Assembly (NCBI GenBank): GCA_947442475.1
Contig: CANEVP010000002.1
Coordinates: forward strand, 14,380 to 78,379
DNA: 64,000 nucleotides
Origin: Rickettsiales bacterium
Lineage (GTDB): Bacteria; Pseudomonadota; Alphaproteobacteria; Rickettsiales; UBA1997
Direction: 5' to 3'
Shown: positions 27,389 through 37,300 of the stretch, piece after piece
Layout of the letters: every line of letters begins with the position of its first letter
Numbering within the stretch: the stretch's first letter is position 1
The notes under the pieces: generated by a model
Databases searched by the model: none
What the model was told of the DNA's origin: nothing
What the model saw: only the letters and a program-made list of their open reading frames with translations
Program-made: the position numbers and the translations under genes

Positions 27389-27811
27389 ATGCAGTTGGAA
27401 GAAATTCAATTCATTCTAATAGTTATTGCGATCATTGGCGGTTTTTGGGGCAAGAAATACATTTCGGACGCAGCGCAAACTTTTATTAAAAATTCAATTA
27501 AAGCTAAAGCAAAAATCACTGCGATTCAACTTGTGAGAGATGGCAAGTATTCTCACTTTAAGGTCTCGATTACTTTTACCGATCAACTTGGAGCTGAAAT
27601 TGTTTCGCAGACCAAAGGAAATAAGAAATATCAAGAAGGCGATGAAGTGGATATTCTTTACCTAAAAACAGATCCAAAAAAAGTTAAAATGGCTGACTTT
27701 GCTAAGACCACTAACGATTTACTTAAAGCTCTGACTTTTATGCTATTAGCTCTCGTCGTGATTTTAATTATTATGGTTTACAAAGAAATGGCACAGGTTC
27801 CATTTCTCTAG
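27389..27811 (+). CDS. small membrane protein, DUF3592-like topology
   Basis: An N-terminal and a C-terminal TM helix flank a beta-rich segment ending in EGDEVDILYLKTDPKK, which resembles DUF3592. Weak call. Confidence 0.4.
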   Translation: MQLEEIQFILIVIAIIGGFWGKKYISDAAQTFIKNSIKAKAKITAIQLVRDGKYSHFKVSITFTDQLGAEIVSQTKGNKKYQEGDEVDILYLKTDPKKVKMADFAKTTNDLLKALTFMLLALVVILIIMVYKEMAQVPFL

Positions 27812-28749
27812 AGCTTCTTTTTCAAATTCAAAATCATATCATCCACCATTTCCGACAAGTCAAATTCCGGCTTCCAACCCCATTCATTTCTTGAAGCAGA
27901 ATCATCAATTGACCTCGGCCAAGAGTCGGCAATTGCTTGACGGAAATCAGGTTTATATTCAATTTTAAATTCAGGAATTCTTTTGGAAATTTCCGCCGCA
28001 AGTTCGGCGCAAGAAAAGCTCATTCCCGCAAAGTTGAAATTAGAGTGATGTTTCAGCTTAGAAAATTCAGTTTCTGCCAAAGCAATTGTACCAAGAATCG
28101 CATCTGGCATATACATCATCGGCAGCGTCGTATCAGCTTTTAAGAAGCAAGTGTAAGATTTGTTTTTGATCGCCTCATAAAAAATTTCCACCGCGTAGTC
28201 AGTGGTGCCGCCACCCGGTAAAGTCTTGTAGCTGATGAGTCCGGGATATCTAATGCCGCGAATATCCAAACCAAATTTCGTCACGTAATAATCACAAACC
28301 AGTTCACCCGCCGCTTTGGTTAGGCCGTACATTGTTTTTGGTAAAATGATGGTTTCTTGCGGAGTATTGTCGCGTGGGGTTTCTGGTCCAAAAACCGCAA
28401 TTGAGCTTGGGCAGATAATCTGCTTCACATTAAGTTCGCGAGCTGCTTCCAGCACATTGTAAAGGCCGTTCATGTTCACGTCGAAACACAAATTTGGATT
28501 ACGTTCACCAGCAGCAGAAAGAATCGCTGCTAAATGGTAAATTACGGTGATTTGGTGTTTCTTAACAATCTCGTAAAGGCGCGTTTTATCTAGAACATTC
28601 AACTGTTCGTAGGGTTGAAATTCTTCTGCTAAATTGCTTGCCGCAATGTCAGAAGTCACAACATTTTTTTCGCCGTAAAGTTTTTTAAGCGCGGCAGTCA
28701 GTTCCGAGCCGATTTGTCCAACGGCTCCCGTCACTAGAATTTTTTTCAT
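27808..28749 (-). CDS. tdh: L-threonine 3-dehydrogenase, SDR/epimerase type
   Basis: MKKILVTGAVGQIGSEL Rossmann N-terminus and YGLTKAAGE (YxxxK). It is divergent from kbl, which is the classic pairing. The track start at 28812 has no Rossmann context, so I trimmed to the ATG at 28749. Confidence 0.7.
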   Translation of the reverse strand: MKKILVTGAVGQIGSELTAALKKLYGEKNVVTSDIAASNLAEEFQPYEQLNVLDKTRLYEIVKKHQITVIYHLAAILSAAGERNPNLCFDVNMNGLYNVLEAARELNVKQIICPSSIAVFGPETPRDNTPQETIILPKTMYGLTKAAGELVCDYYVTKFGLDIRGIRYPGLISYKTLPGGGTTDYAVEIFYEAIKNKSYTCFLKADTTLPMMYMPDAILGTIALAETEFSKLKHHSNFNFAGMSFSCAELAAEISKRIPEFKIEYKPDFRQAIADSWPRSIDDSASRNEWGWKPEFDLSEMVDDMILNLKKKL

Positions 28750-28834
28750 ATTTGTTGATTTGTGATTGTGATCTTCATTAAAAAAGCAGGAGCGTTTTTT
28801 TACGCTCCTCATCTCAAAAATAAATTACTAAAAC

Positions 28835-30040
28835 ATGATCAAAGCACAATTTTTGAACGACATCGCAGCCGAGTTGCAAGAGCTTAAAAACACTGGTCTT
28901 TACAAAAGCGAATATCAAATCGTTACTTCCCAATCTGCTGAAATTAAAATTCTTCACCAGGGAAAGAAGAAAGAAGTTTTGAACTTCTGCGCTAATAATT
29001 ATTTGGGTTTGGCCAACAATAAAAAATTAATTGAAGCAGGCAAAAAGTCGCTTGAAGAATATGGTCTTGGCACTGCTTCGGTGCGCTTTATTTGCGGCAC
29101 TTTTGATTTGCACAAAAAATTTGAAAATGATCTGGCAGAATTTTTAGGCTTTGAAGATGTAATAACTTTTTCATCATGCTTCGCTGCTAATAACGGCGTG
29201 TTTGCAGCGCTTTTTGATGAAAAAGATGCAATCATTTCAGCTGATTTAAATCACGCTAGTTTGATTGATGGAATCAGACTATCAAAAGCGGCGCGCCACT
29301 TCTACCGCTTTGACGACATGGTTGATTTGGAAGAAAAATTAAAAGCAGCTCAAGGTGCAAAAAACCGTGTCGTAGTAACAGACGGCGTGTTTTCAATGGA
29401 TGGAGATATTGCCAAATTAAAAGAAATCTGCGATTTGGCTGAAAAATACGGTGCCTTGGTTTTTGTTGATGATTCGCATGCAACAGGTTTCACTGGCGAA
29501 AATGGTCGCGGCACTGCCGAACTTTGCGGCGTTGAAGGCAGGGTAGATATTTTAAGCACCACACTTGGCAAAGCATTGGGCGGATCGGGTGGGGGAGTTA
29601 TCGCTTCGAAAAAAGAAGTAATCGACAAATTAAGAAACAAAGCGCGCCCTTATCTTTTTTCCAACAATATTTTGCCAATGACTGCAGCTGTTGGAATTGA
29701 GATTTTGAAAATGATTAAAGAGTCGAAAGCGCTAATTCAAAAACTTGCCGACAACACAGCTTACTTCCGCGAGAAAATGGTAGCTGCCGGTTTTGACATT
29801 CGTCCAAGCACTCATCCAGTTGTTGCTGTAATGTTTGGTGATGCGATTTTAGCGGGGCAGGTTGCCAAAAAAATGATTGAAGAAGAGGGAATTTACGTAA
29901 TCGCTTTTGCCTTTCCGGTGGTGCCAAAAAATGAAGCGAGAATTCGCGTGCAGATTTCCGCAGCTCACAAAAAAGAACATTTAGATAAAGCGATTTCTGC
30001 TTTTATTCGCGTGGGAAAAAGCTTGGGATTGCAGAAATAA
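28835..30040 (+). CDS. kbl: 2-amino-3-ketobutyrate CoA ligase (glycine C-acetyltransferase)
   Basis: Collinear with Kbl: NFCANNYLGLANN, ASVRFICGT, DGVFSMDGDIA, TLGKALGG (PLP lysine), RPYLFSN, IRVQISAAH. Confidence 0.9.
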   Translation: MIKAQFLNDIAAELQELKNTGLYKSEYQIVTSQSAEIKILHQGKKKEVLNFCANNYLGLANNKKLIEAGKKSLEEYGLGTASVRFICGTFDLHKKFENDLAEFLGFEDVITFSSCFAANNGVFAALFDEKDAIISADLNHASLIDGIRLSKAARHFYRFDDMVDLEEKLKAAQGAKNRVVVTDGVFSMDGDIAKLKEICDLAEKYGALVFVDDSHATGFTGENGRGTAELCGVEGRVDILSTTLGKALGGSGGGVIASKKEVIDKLRNKARPYLFSNNILPMTAAVGIEILKMIKESKALIQKLADNTAYFREKMVAAGFDIRPSTHPVVAVMFGDAILAGQVAKKMIEEEGIYVIAFAFPVVPKNEARIRVQISAAHKKEHLDKAISAFIRVGKSLGLQK

Positions 30041-30069
30041 ATTTTTTAGATGCCTGATTTTGCTACTCA

Positions 30070-30105
30070 AAAGCCAATTTTGTACCTAGGTACAAAATTG
30101 GCTTT
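30070..30105. terminator. bidirectional terminator between kbl and fabH
   Basis: Perfect palindrome aaagccaattttgtacct/aggtacaaaattggcttt centred on cctagg, with an A-run before it and a T-run after it. Confidence 0.75.
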
Positions 30106-30126
30106 TTGTTTTTGGATGATTGTTTT

Positions 30127-31092
30127 TTACCAACGCAGAGCGATTGATCCCCAGGTAAGTCCGCCACCTAGGGCTTCGAGGACAACTAGGTCACCTTTTT
30201 TGATTTTGCCAATGGAGTTAGCGTAATCTAGTGCCAATGGGATTGAGGCAGCAGAAGTGTTAGCGTGATTTTGAACGGTGATGATTACTTGTTGTTCAGA
30301 GAGTTCTAGGCGAGTGGCAACGGCATTTAAAATTCGGGCATTGGCTTGGTGCGGAACTAGCAAATCAATGTCTTTAACGGCAAGTCCGGCTTTGTTTAAG
30401 ACTGACAAAACTGACTTCGACATTTTTTCTACGGCGTGCTTAAAAACTTCTTTTCCCGACATTTCAATGAAGCCGGTTTGTTGATTTGAAGCGGGGCCGC
30501 CGCTGGTTTTGAGGATATCATTTAGCGTGCCGTCGGAATGTAGGTCAGATGCCAAAATGCCACAATTTTCTTCTGAGGTTGCTTGCAATAAAATCGCGCC
30601 GGCGCCGTCGCCGAAAAGAACGCAGGTGTTGCGATCAGACCAGTCAACGATGCGCGACAAAGTGTCGGCGCCAATCACCAAAGCATTTTTTACTTGGCCA
30701 GATTTGATAAAATTATCTGCAGTGGCAATTGCAAAAACAAATCCTGAGCAAACTGCTTGAATATCAAAAGCGAAGGCGTTTTTGGCGCCGATTTTTGCTT
30801 GAACTGTAGTTGCGGTTGCAGGGAAGGTGAGGTCTGGTGTCGTGGTGGCTAAAATGATTAATTCGATTTCTTCGGCTTTGATGCCAGATTGCTCTAAGGC
30901 TTTCAAAGCGGCGTTGCTTGCAAGATCTGAAGTTAACTCGCCCTCAGCTGCAATGTGTCTTTGTTTGATTCCGGTGCGATCCATTATCCATTCGTCAGAA
31001 GTTTCGACGGTTTTGGCAAGCTCTAAATTAGTAAGAATTTTTTTAGGAAGATAAGAGCCGGTCGTGCTAATCTTGCTGCGGATTGTAGTCAT
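30127..31092 (-). CDS. fabH: 3-oxoacyl-ACP synthase III
   Basis: AVCSGF catalytic Cys, HQAN, GNTSAAS (here ANTSAAS), and a C-terminal GGGLTWGS. Confidence 0.9.
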   Translation of the reverse strand: MTTIRSKISTTGSYLPKKILTNLELAKTVETSDEWIMDRTGIKQRHIAAEGELTSDLASNAALKALEQSGIKAEEIELIILATTTPDLTFPATATTVQAKIGAKNAFAFDIQAVCSGFVFAIATADNFIKSGQVKNALVIGADTLSRIVDWSDRNTCVLFGDGAGAILLQATSEENCGILASDLHSDGTLNDILKTSGGPASNQQTGFIEMSGKEVFKHAVEKMSKSVLSVLNKAGLAVKDIDLLVPHQANARILNAVATRLELSEQQVIITVQNHANTSAASIPLALDYANSIGKIKKGDLVVLEALGGGLTWGSIALRW

Positions 31093-32156
31093 TATTTAGC
31101 TTCTTCTTGAGTGGCGGTTGCAGCTTTAATTGTATCTACAGCTGATTTTAATTCTTGCATGATTTGTTCGTTAATTTTGTTCTCAACAAGTGAGATAGCT
31201 ACTTTAATTGCGTTAGCAAAACCGATGCGGTCAGTGCTGCCGTGACTTTTTACAACAACGCCGTTCAAGCCAACTAACATTGCACCATTATGCATGCGTG
31301 GATCCATTTCTTTGCTGGATTTTGTAATTGCCGAACTTGCCAAAAGGTAACCTAATTTTGACCAGATTGAACTGCTTAAAGCTTCTTTGATGAATGCGGA
31401 CATTAATTTTACGGTGCCTTCGATGGCTTTCAAAGTGATGTTGCCTGTGAAGCCATCAGTTACTACAACATCAACCGTGCCTTTGGTGATATCATCTCCT
31501 TCAACATAGCCGTAAAAGCAATCACTTAAAGTGCTGGCCTTTAGCATTGCGGCAACGCTGCGCACTTCTTCGTGGCCTTTGGCGTCTTCCGATCCGACAT
31601 TTAAAATGCCGATTGTGGGATTTTTAATTTTTAAAACATTGCGGGCGAAAGCGTGACCCATTACGGCGAACTGGAATAAAACATCAGCGCCACATTCGAT
31701 ATTAGCACCCATGTCTAGCATGACGGTGCCCTTTCTTTTGCTGTTTGGAATTGAGGTAACAATTGCAGGACGATCAATTGATGGCAAAGGACGCAAAACA
31801 ATTTTTGCGATTGCCATCAAAGCTCCGGTGTTGCCAGCTGAAATAATAACATCAGCAGCGCCATCTTTAACGGCATTAATTGCTAAGCGCATGCTAGAGT
31901 TAGTGCCTTTACGCAAAGCAACCGAAGGCTTTTCATCTGATGAAATAAATTCATCAGTATGAGAAAGCGTGTAACGACCTTTGAGATAACGGCAGTTTTG
32001 TAGAATTGGGGTGATTTTTTTAGAATCGCCAAACAACAAGAAATGAATATCTTGATTGGTGGAGGCGATTAAATCGGCACCCTCAATTACAATCTGCGGA
32101 GCTCGATCGCCGCCCATGCAGTCTAGTGCTACTGTGAATTTTTTAGTCACGAACAA
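31092..32156 (-). CDS. plsX: phosphate acyltransferase PlsX
   Basis: DCMGGD, SAGNTGALM, GFTGNI. Sits in the conserved rpmF-plsX-fabH order. Confidence 0.9.
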   Translation of the reverse strand: MFVTKKFTVALDCMGGDRAPQIVIEGADLIASTNQDIHFLLFGDSKKITPILQNCRYLKGRYTLSHTDEFISSDEKPSVALRKGTNSSMRLAINAVKDGAADVIISAGNTGALMAIAKIVLRPLPSIDRPAIVTSIPNSKRKGTVMLDMGANIECGADVLFQFAVMGHAFARNVLKIKNPTIGILNVGSEDAKGHEEVRSVAAMLKASTLSDCFYGYVEGDDITKGTVDVVVTDGFTGNITLKAIEGTVKLMSAFIKEALSSSIWSKLGYLLASSAITKSSKEMDPRMHNGAMLVGLNGVVVKSHGSTDRIGFANAIKVAISLVENKINEQIMQELKSAVDTIKAATATQEEAK

Positions 32157-32360
32157 CTACGATTCTTGAGAGGTTTTTTTCTTATCGGCAATAATTTTTC
32201 TGCCTTTGTAATAACCATCAGATGAGATGTGATGGGCAAGTTTGAATTCGCCAGTAGTTTTGTCAGTCAAAACATTTGCAAAATCAGCTTTGAAAGAACC
32301 GTTGCTACCTTTTCTCATGCGACTTTTTGAACTTGATGTCTTCTTCTTAGGAACTGCCAT
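32157..32360 (-). CDS. rpmF: 50S ribosomal protein L32
   Basis: MAVPKKKTSSSKSRMR N-terminus, upstream of plsX. Confidence 0.9.
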   Translation of the reverse strand: MAVPKKKTSSSKSRMRKGSNGSFKADFANVLTDKTTGEFKLAHHISSDGYYKGRKIIADKKKTSQES

Positions 32361-32545
32361 GTTAGATGCCTTGTGAAATTAATTTGATTAAAGGATTTGT
32401 AGATTTTGATTTGATTTTGGGGAAGTGGGACTTACAAAAGTCGCGGCGAAAAATAAGAGCGCTCTAAAGTAAAAGCAACGCTAAATTTCCTCGTTTAAAT
32501 TTCTCAAAATCAGCCGCCAGATTTTTTTATACTCATACATCCAAA

Positions 32546-32974
32546 ATGAAATTTTTTCTTCTCAGTATTTTTCTCTTAATGGCTACTAGTTCTTGTGTTT
32601 CAAGGTTGGATAAGCATGGCTTCATGTTTGAATTTTCGGATCATGAAATGTTGCAAGAAGGAATTACCACCAAAGAAAGAGTTTTAAAAATGATGGGATC
32701 TCCAACTATAATTTCAGATTTAGATCACGACGAAGCTTGGATTTATTTTGCAGAAGATCTCAAAGGCTTTTTGTTTTTAAAGCCTGAAGTCGTTGAGAGA
32801 AATATTTTGGTGATTCGTTTTGAGTCTGATACAATCAAAGAGTTAAAAAAATTTAGTTTAGAAAACGAAGCAAAAAATTTGCAATTCTTTGCTGATTACA
32901 CAATGGTTGATAGTCACAAGGTCGGATTTTTTAAATCAATTTTTAGCAATGTCGGACAAATTAAAGCTCAGTAA
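32546..32974 (+). CDS. bamE: outer membrane protein assembly factor BamE (SmpA/OmlA)
   Basis: Lipobox LMATSSC, then GITTKERVLKMMGSPTIISDL...WIYF, typical of SmpA_OmlA. Confidence 0.7.
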   Translation: MKFFLLSIFLLMATSSCVSRLDKHGFMFEFSDHEMLQEGITTKERVLKMMGSPTIISDLDHDEAWIYFAEDLKGFLFLKPEVVERNILVIRFESDTIKELKKFSLENEAKNLQFFADYTMVDSHKVGFFKSIFSNVGQIKAQ

Positions 32975-33305
32975 ATTAGCCCTAATTGTTTCACTCTTAA
33001 TCATAACTTTCTCCTGCGAAGGAAAGGTGATGGTTTATAATAGTGAAGTTATTTGCCCAAACGGCTTGAGAGTTTTGGTGAAATTCGCGCGCCGAGAAGA
33101 TGTTGTGATGGCAATTCAAAAAGCAGCATTTGTTAAAAAAAGAGACAGTAGCAACGAAGGCTACACTGTGATCAGATTGCATGATAAAAGATCATTAAAG
33201 ATAGAAGGAATGCCACCAGAAGAATCGTTAAAATGCCTGGTTCGCGAAAGTCAGTTGGGAATTTTTACCAAATCTTACGTTGAACAATACACAGGACAAA
33301 AATAA
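32949..33305 (+). CDS. hypothetical lipoprotein
   Basis: MSDKLKLSKLALIVSLLIITFSCEG contains a lipobox. No family recognised. Overlaps the bamE 3' end by 26 nt in another frame. The track start at 32889 is probably too far upstream. Confidence 0.4.
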   Translation: MSDKLKLSKLALIVSLLIITFSCEGKVMVYNSEVICPNGLRVLVKFARREDVVMAIQKAAFVKKRDSSNEGYTVIRLHDKRSLKIEGMPPEESLKCLVRESQLGIFTKSYVEQYTGQK

Positions 33306-33655
33306 TGATAGAAAAGCGCACTTACCAATTTGGAATTTTAGCTGAAAAAGTTGCGATTTTTTTCTTACGCCTAAAAGGTTACCAAATTTTAAAATGGCGT
33401 TACCAAAGCAGATTTGGCGAGATCGATATTCTCGCTAAAAAATCAGATGTTATTGTTGCAGTTGAAGTAAAGGCGCGCAGTTCAAAAGTTTTAATCGAAG
33501 AAGTTTTGCATCCCAAACAAATCGATCGCATCCAAAGAGCGGCGCAGTTTTTCATTGCGCAAAATCCGCAATTTCACAGTCACGATCTGCGTTTTGATTT
33601 TATTAAAATTAACAAATTTTTTCTTCCAAAACATTATCGCAATTTCATAAGTTGA
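33305..33655 (+). CDS. yraN: YraN-family (UPF0102) endonuclease-like protein
   Basis: GILAEKVAIFFLRLKGYQILKWRYQSRFGEIDILAKK...VAVEVKAR is the UPF0102 pattern. Confidence 0.75.
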   Translation: MIEKRTYQFGILAEKVAIFFLRLKGYQILKWRYQSRFGEIDILAKKSDVIVAVEVKARSSKVLIEEVLHPKQIDRIQRAAQFFIAQNPQFHSHDLRFDFIKINKFFLPKHYRNFIS

Positions 33656-33718
33656 AATTTAGTGGCGCAGCTTTTAGCTTGCGCAGGCTCTCCTCTTTTA
33701 ACAATTTAAAAAACCTCT

Positions 33719-34261
33719 GTGAGACCAACAAAACCGCAACAACCAGCAGCTACTTCGAACAATCCTTTTAAAATTAATGATCAAATCAAAGCCAAAGAAA
33801 TCAGGCTGATCGATCATGAAGGTAATATGTTTGGGGTTACAACCGTCAGTGATGGAATTAGAATGGCGCAAGAAGTAAATTTAGATTTGGTTGAAGTTTC
33901 TCCAAACGCCAATCCCCCAGTTTGTAAAATTGCCAATTTCGGCAAAATGAAATATGAAATTCAGAAGAAAACAGCAGATGCGAAAAAGAAGCAGAAGGTT
34001 GTTGAGGTCAAAGAAATCAAGATGACAATCAATATCGGAAAAGGCGATTACGACACCAAAATTAGGCACACCAAAGAGTTTATCGAAAAAGGAAATAAAG
34101 TAAAAATCAGCATCAGAATGAAGGGGCGTGAAATCACTCACCGTGATTTAGCTGAAAAAATGATGGTCGACATTTTAAGAGACACTGAAGAATTTGCTAA
34201 ACCAGAAATAAATCCTCGCCTCGAAGGGATGCAGATGATCGGAATTCTGATAAAAAAATAA
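33719..34261 (+). CDS. infC: translation initiation factor IF-3
   Basis: INDQIKAKEIRLIDHEGNMFGV, LDLVEVSPNANPPVCKI, KVKISIRMKGRE. GTG start. An in-frame TAA 9 nt upstream leaves no ATG option. Confidence 0.9.
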   Translation: MRPTKPQQPAATSNNPFKINDQIKAKEIRLIDHEGNMFGVTTVSDGIRMAQEVNLDLVEVSPNANPPVCKIANFGKMKYEIQKKTADAKKKQKVVEVKEIKMTINIGKGDYDTKIRHTKEFIEKGNKVKISIRMKGREITHRDLAEKMMVDILRDTEEFAKPEINPRLEGMQMIGILIKK

Positions 34262-34272
34262 GACATTTTTCG

Positions 34273-34302
34273 AGGCTCTGCGTTTAACGCATGAGCCTTT
34301 TT
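34273..34302 (+). terminator. intrinsic terminator after infC
   Basis: aggctctgcgt tta acgcatgagcct stem (one bulge) followed by ttttt. Confidence 0.65.
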
Positions 34303-34328
34303 GCTATTGGTAAAATAAAATTAAATTT

Positions 34329-37300
34329 ATGAAAAAAATGCAGCAAATTATTGAGCAAATAATTGATTTTTCTAACAAGAAAAAATATCCAGCAGGTTTC
34401 GACCAGAAGGCTTTTACAAGCTTCATAAAAGATTTTTATTCTGAAAATACTTCACATGATTTCATCGGTCATTCCAATGAAGAATTGTGCAATTGCGCAC
34501 TTACCAGCTTTAACTTATTTTTAGTCAGAAAATCGGGCGAAGTTAAAATTAGAATTCACAATCCAACCATCAAGCAAGATGGTTTTGAATCGCAGCATAC
34601 ATTCGTTGACATCGTTAATGACGACATGCCTTTTTTGGTTGATTCAACCGTTTCTTACCTCGATAAACTAGGCATTAAAATCAAAAATATCATTCACCCA
34701 ATTTATTCAGTGGTGCGTGATTCTAGTGGCAAATTAGAAAAAATTTCTCTCGAAAAAAACTCTAAACAAGAATCAGTAATTCAACTTCATTTAAGTAAAG
34801 TTACGTCCGAATCTGACATGAAAATGCTCAGCGAAAATATCGGCAAAATTTTAAAAACTGTTGGTTTAGTTGTTGAAGATTGGAAAGATATGATTGAGCT
34901 TGCTAAGAAAGCCTCAAATCAAATTGATCATGCCAAAAAAATCAGCCAAGAAACTGCCGAAATTAAAGAATTTATTTCTTGGATTGGTGGTAGAAATTTT
35001 ATTCTTTTGGGTGCCAAAGAATTCGATATTAAAGAAGTCAAAAAAGGCGAATATCGCCTAGAAGAAAATAAGGCCGGACTCGGAATTTTCCGCTCAGAAT
35101 ATGATGAATTCAGACCTGAAGTTTTAAATTCATCTTTTGAAGAAGTTGGTGATTCAATCGCCAATCCTTACGTAATCGAAGTTTTAAAATCACGTTACCG
35201 ATCAAGAATTCATAGAATTGCTAACGCTGAAAGAGTTCGCGTGCAAAAAATTTCTGCTGACGGAAAGGTTACCGGAGAATTCAGATTTGTTGGTTTATTC
35301 ACCTCGTCAACTTACCACGAAAGCATCAACTCAATTCCATTGGTTCGCGGCAAAATTGCCAAAGTAATCGAAGATTCTGGCTACATCAAAGGCAGTCACA
35401 ATTACAAAGATTTAGTTTCGGTTTTAGAATCTTATCCGCGCGACGAATTATTCCAAATCAGCCCCCAAGATTTACTAAAAAATGCTACTGGAATTGTTGC
35501 AATTTGCGGACGTTCGCAAGTGCGCTTTTTTGCTCGCAAAGACAAATTTAACCGCTTTGTTAGCTGCTTAATTTTCACGCCACGCGATCGCAGCAACTCT
35601 GAATTGCGTGACAAAATCAAAGATTACTTAGCTGAGATTTACAAAGGCGAAATCGCCGATTCTTTCGTGCAAATTAACGATTCTAACTTGATCAGATTTC
35701 ACGTAATTGTGCGCACCAACAAAGGCATTCCGGCGATTGACGAGCTAACCGTTGAAAAAGAAATCACCAAAATGACCAAAGTTTGGAGTGATGATTTAGC
35801 TGAAGCGGTTGTAGAAAAATTTGGTGTAGAAAAACAACTGTCACTTTTTGCAAAATATAAAAATGCCTTCTCGGTTAGTTACATTAACCGCTTTGATCCG
35901 AAGCGCGCCGCAATTGATATTTCGCGCGTTGAAGATTGCTTGCAGTCGCAATCAGCTTTATTCGATCTTTATAAATCATCTGATTTGTTGGCTGCAGACG
36001 TTACTGAGCTTAAAATTTATTCTCCGGAAAAAGAGTTAATTCTCTCAACAATTATGCCAATTCTTGAAAGTTTTGGCTTCAACGTGATTCAAGAACACAC
36101 TTACGTTGTCAGTATTGATGAAGATGGAAAAAACCAATCAAAACAAAAAGTTTGGATTCACTATTTCCACTTAAACCTAAGCAAGCAGGGCCACAAATTC
36201 TCTGAAAAAGTTAAAGCAAATTTTGAAACTACAGTTTCGTTAATTTGGCAAGATGTGATGCAAGTTGGTTTCTTGAATAAACTAGTTGTAACCGCTGATT
36301 TACAGTGGAAGCAGGTTTATATGCTGCGTGCTTATTTTAAATATCTTTATCAGACTGGTTTCCATTACAGCCAATCTAACATTGCGGAAGTTTTCGCAAA
36401 ATATAGCGAATTAACAGAGTTATTAATCACTCTATTTGAAACTAAATTTGATCCAGCGATCAAAATTTCTTTGGCAGAAAGACTAAAAAAAGTCGAAAAA
36501 ATTGTCGCTCAAATCAAAGTCGAATTAAGCAAAGTAAAAGATATTACTGACGACACGATTGTTAGAAGAGTATTTGGTGCAATTAACGCAACTATCCGTA
36601 CAAACTATTACCAAGTGTCGCCAGATGGCGGCTTTAAAGGTTACGTCTCATTTAAATTCGATTGCAAAAAAGTTCCTGAACTTCCATTGCCATTGCCTTA
36701 CGCTGAAATTTTCGTTTACTCAAGTCGAGTCGAAGCAATTCACTTACGTGGTGGCAAAGTCGCTCGTGGTGGACTTCGTTGGTCTGACCGTCAGGAAGAT
36801 TTCAGAACTGAAGTTCTGGGTTTAGTGAAAGCTCAAACCACTAAAAATGCCGTAATTGTTCCGGTTGGCTCAAAAGGTGGATTTGTTTTGAAGCGCGATA
36901 TGGCGGGGCTTAGCCGTGATGAAATTCAAAAAGAAGGCATTGAATGCTACAAAACTTTCTTGCGCGGCCTTCTAGACGTCACTGACAATGTCGTAAATAA
37001 TAAAATCGAGCATCCGCACAATGTTGTGATGCATGATGATTCTGATCCTTATTTGGTTGTTGCTGCCGACAAAGGAACTGCAACTTTTTCTGACATCGCA
37101 AATAGCATTTCTGCCGAATATAATTTTTGGTTGGGTGATGCTTTTGCTTCTGGCGGTTCAGTTGGTTACGATCACAAGAAAATGGGCATCACCGCAAAAG
37201 GTGGCTGGATTTCAGTAATGCGCCACTTCCGCGAAATGGGAATCGACACTCAAACGCAAGATTTCACCTGCGTTGGAATTGGTGATTTAGCTGGTGACGT

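Noticed and set aside
32889-32974. bamE and the downstream lipoprotein ORF as a frameshifted single gene
   Set aside because: BamE is complete at a normal length with its own stop. The downstream ORF has its own ATG plus a lipobox signal peptide. An overlap of two separate genes is the simpler reading.
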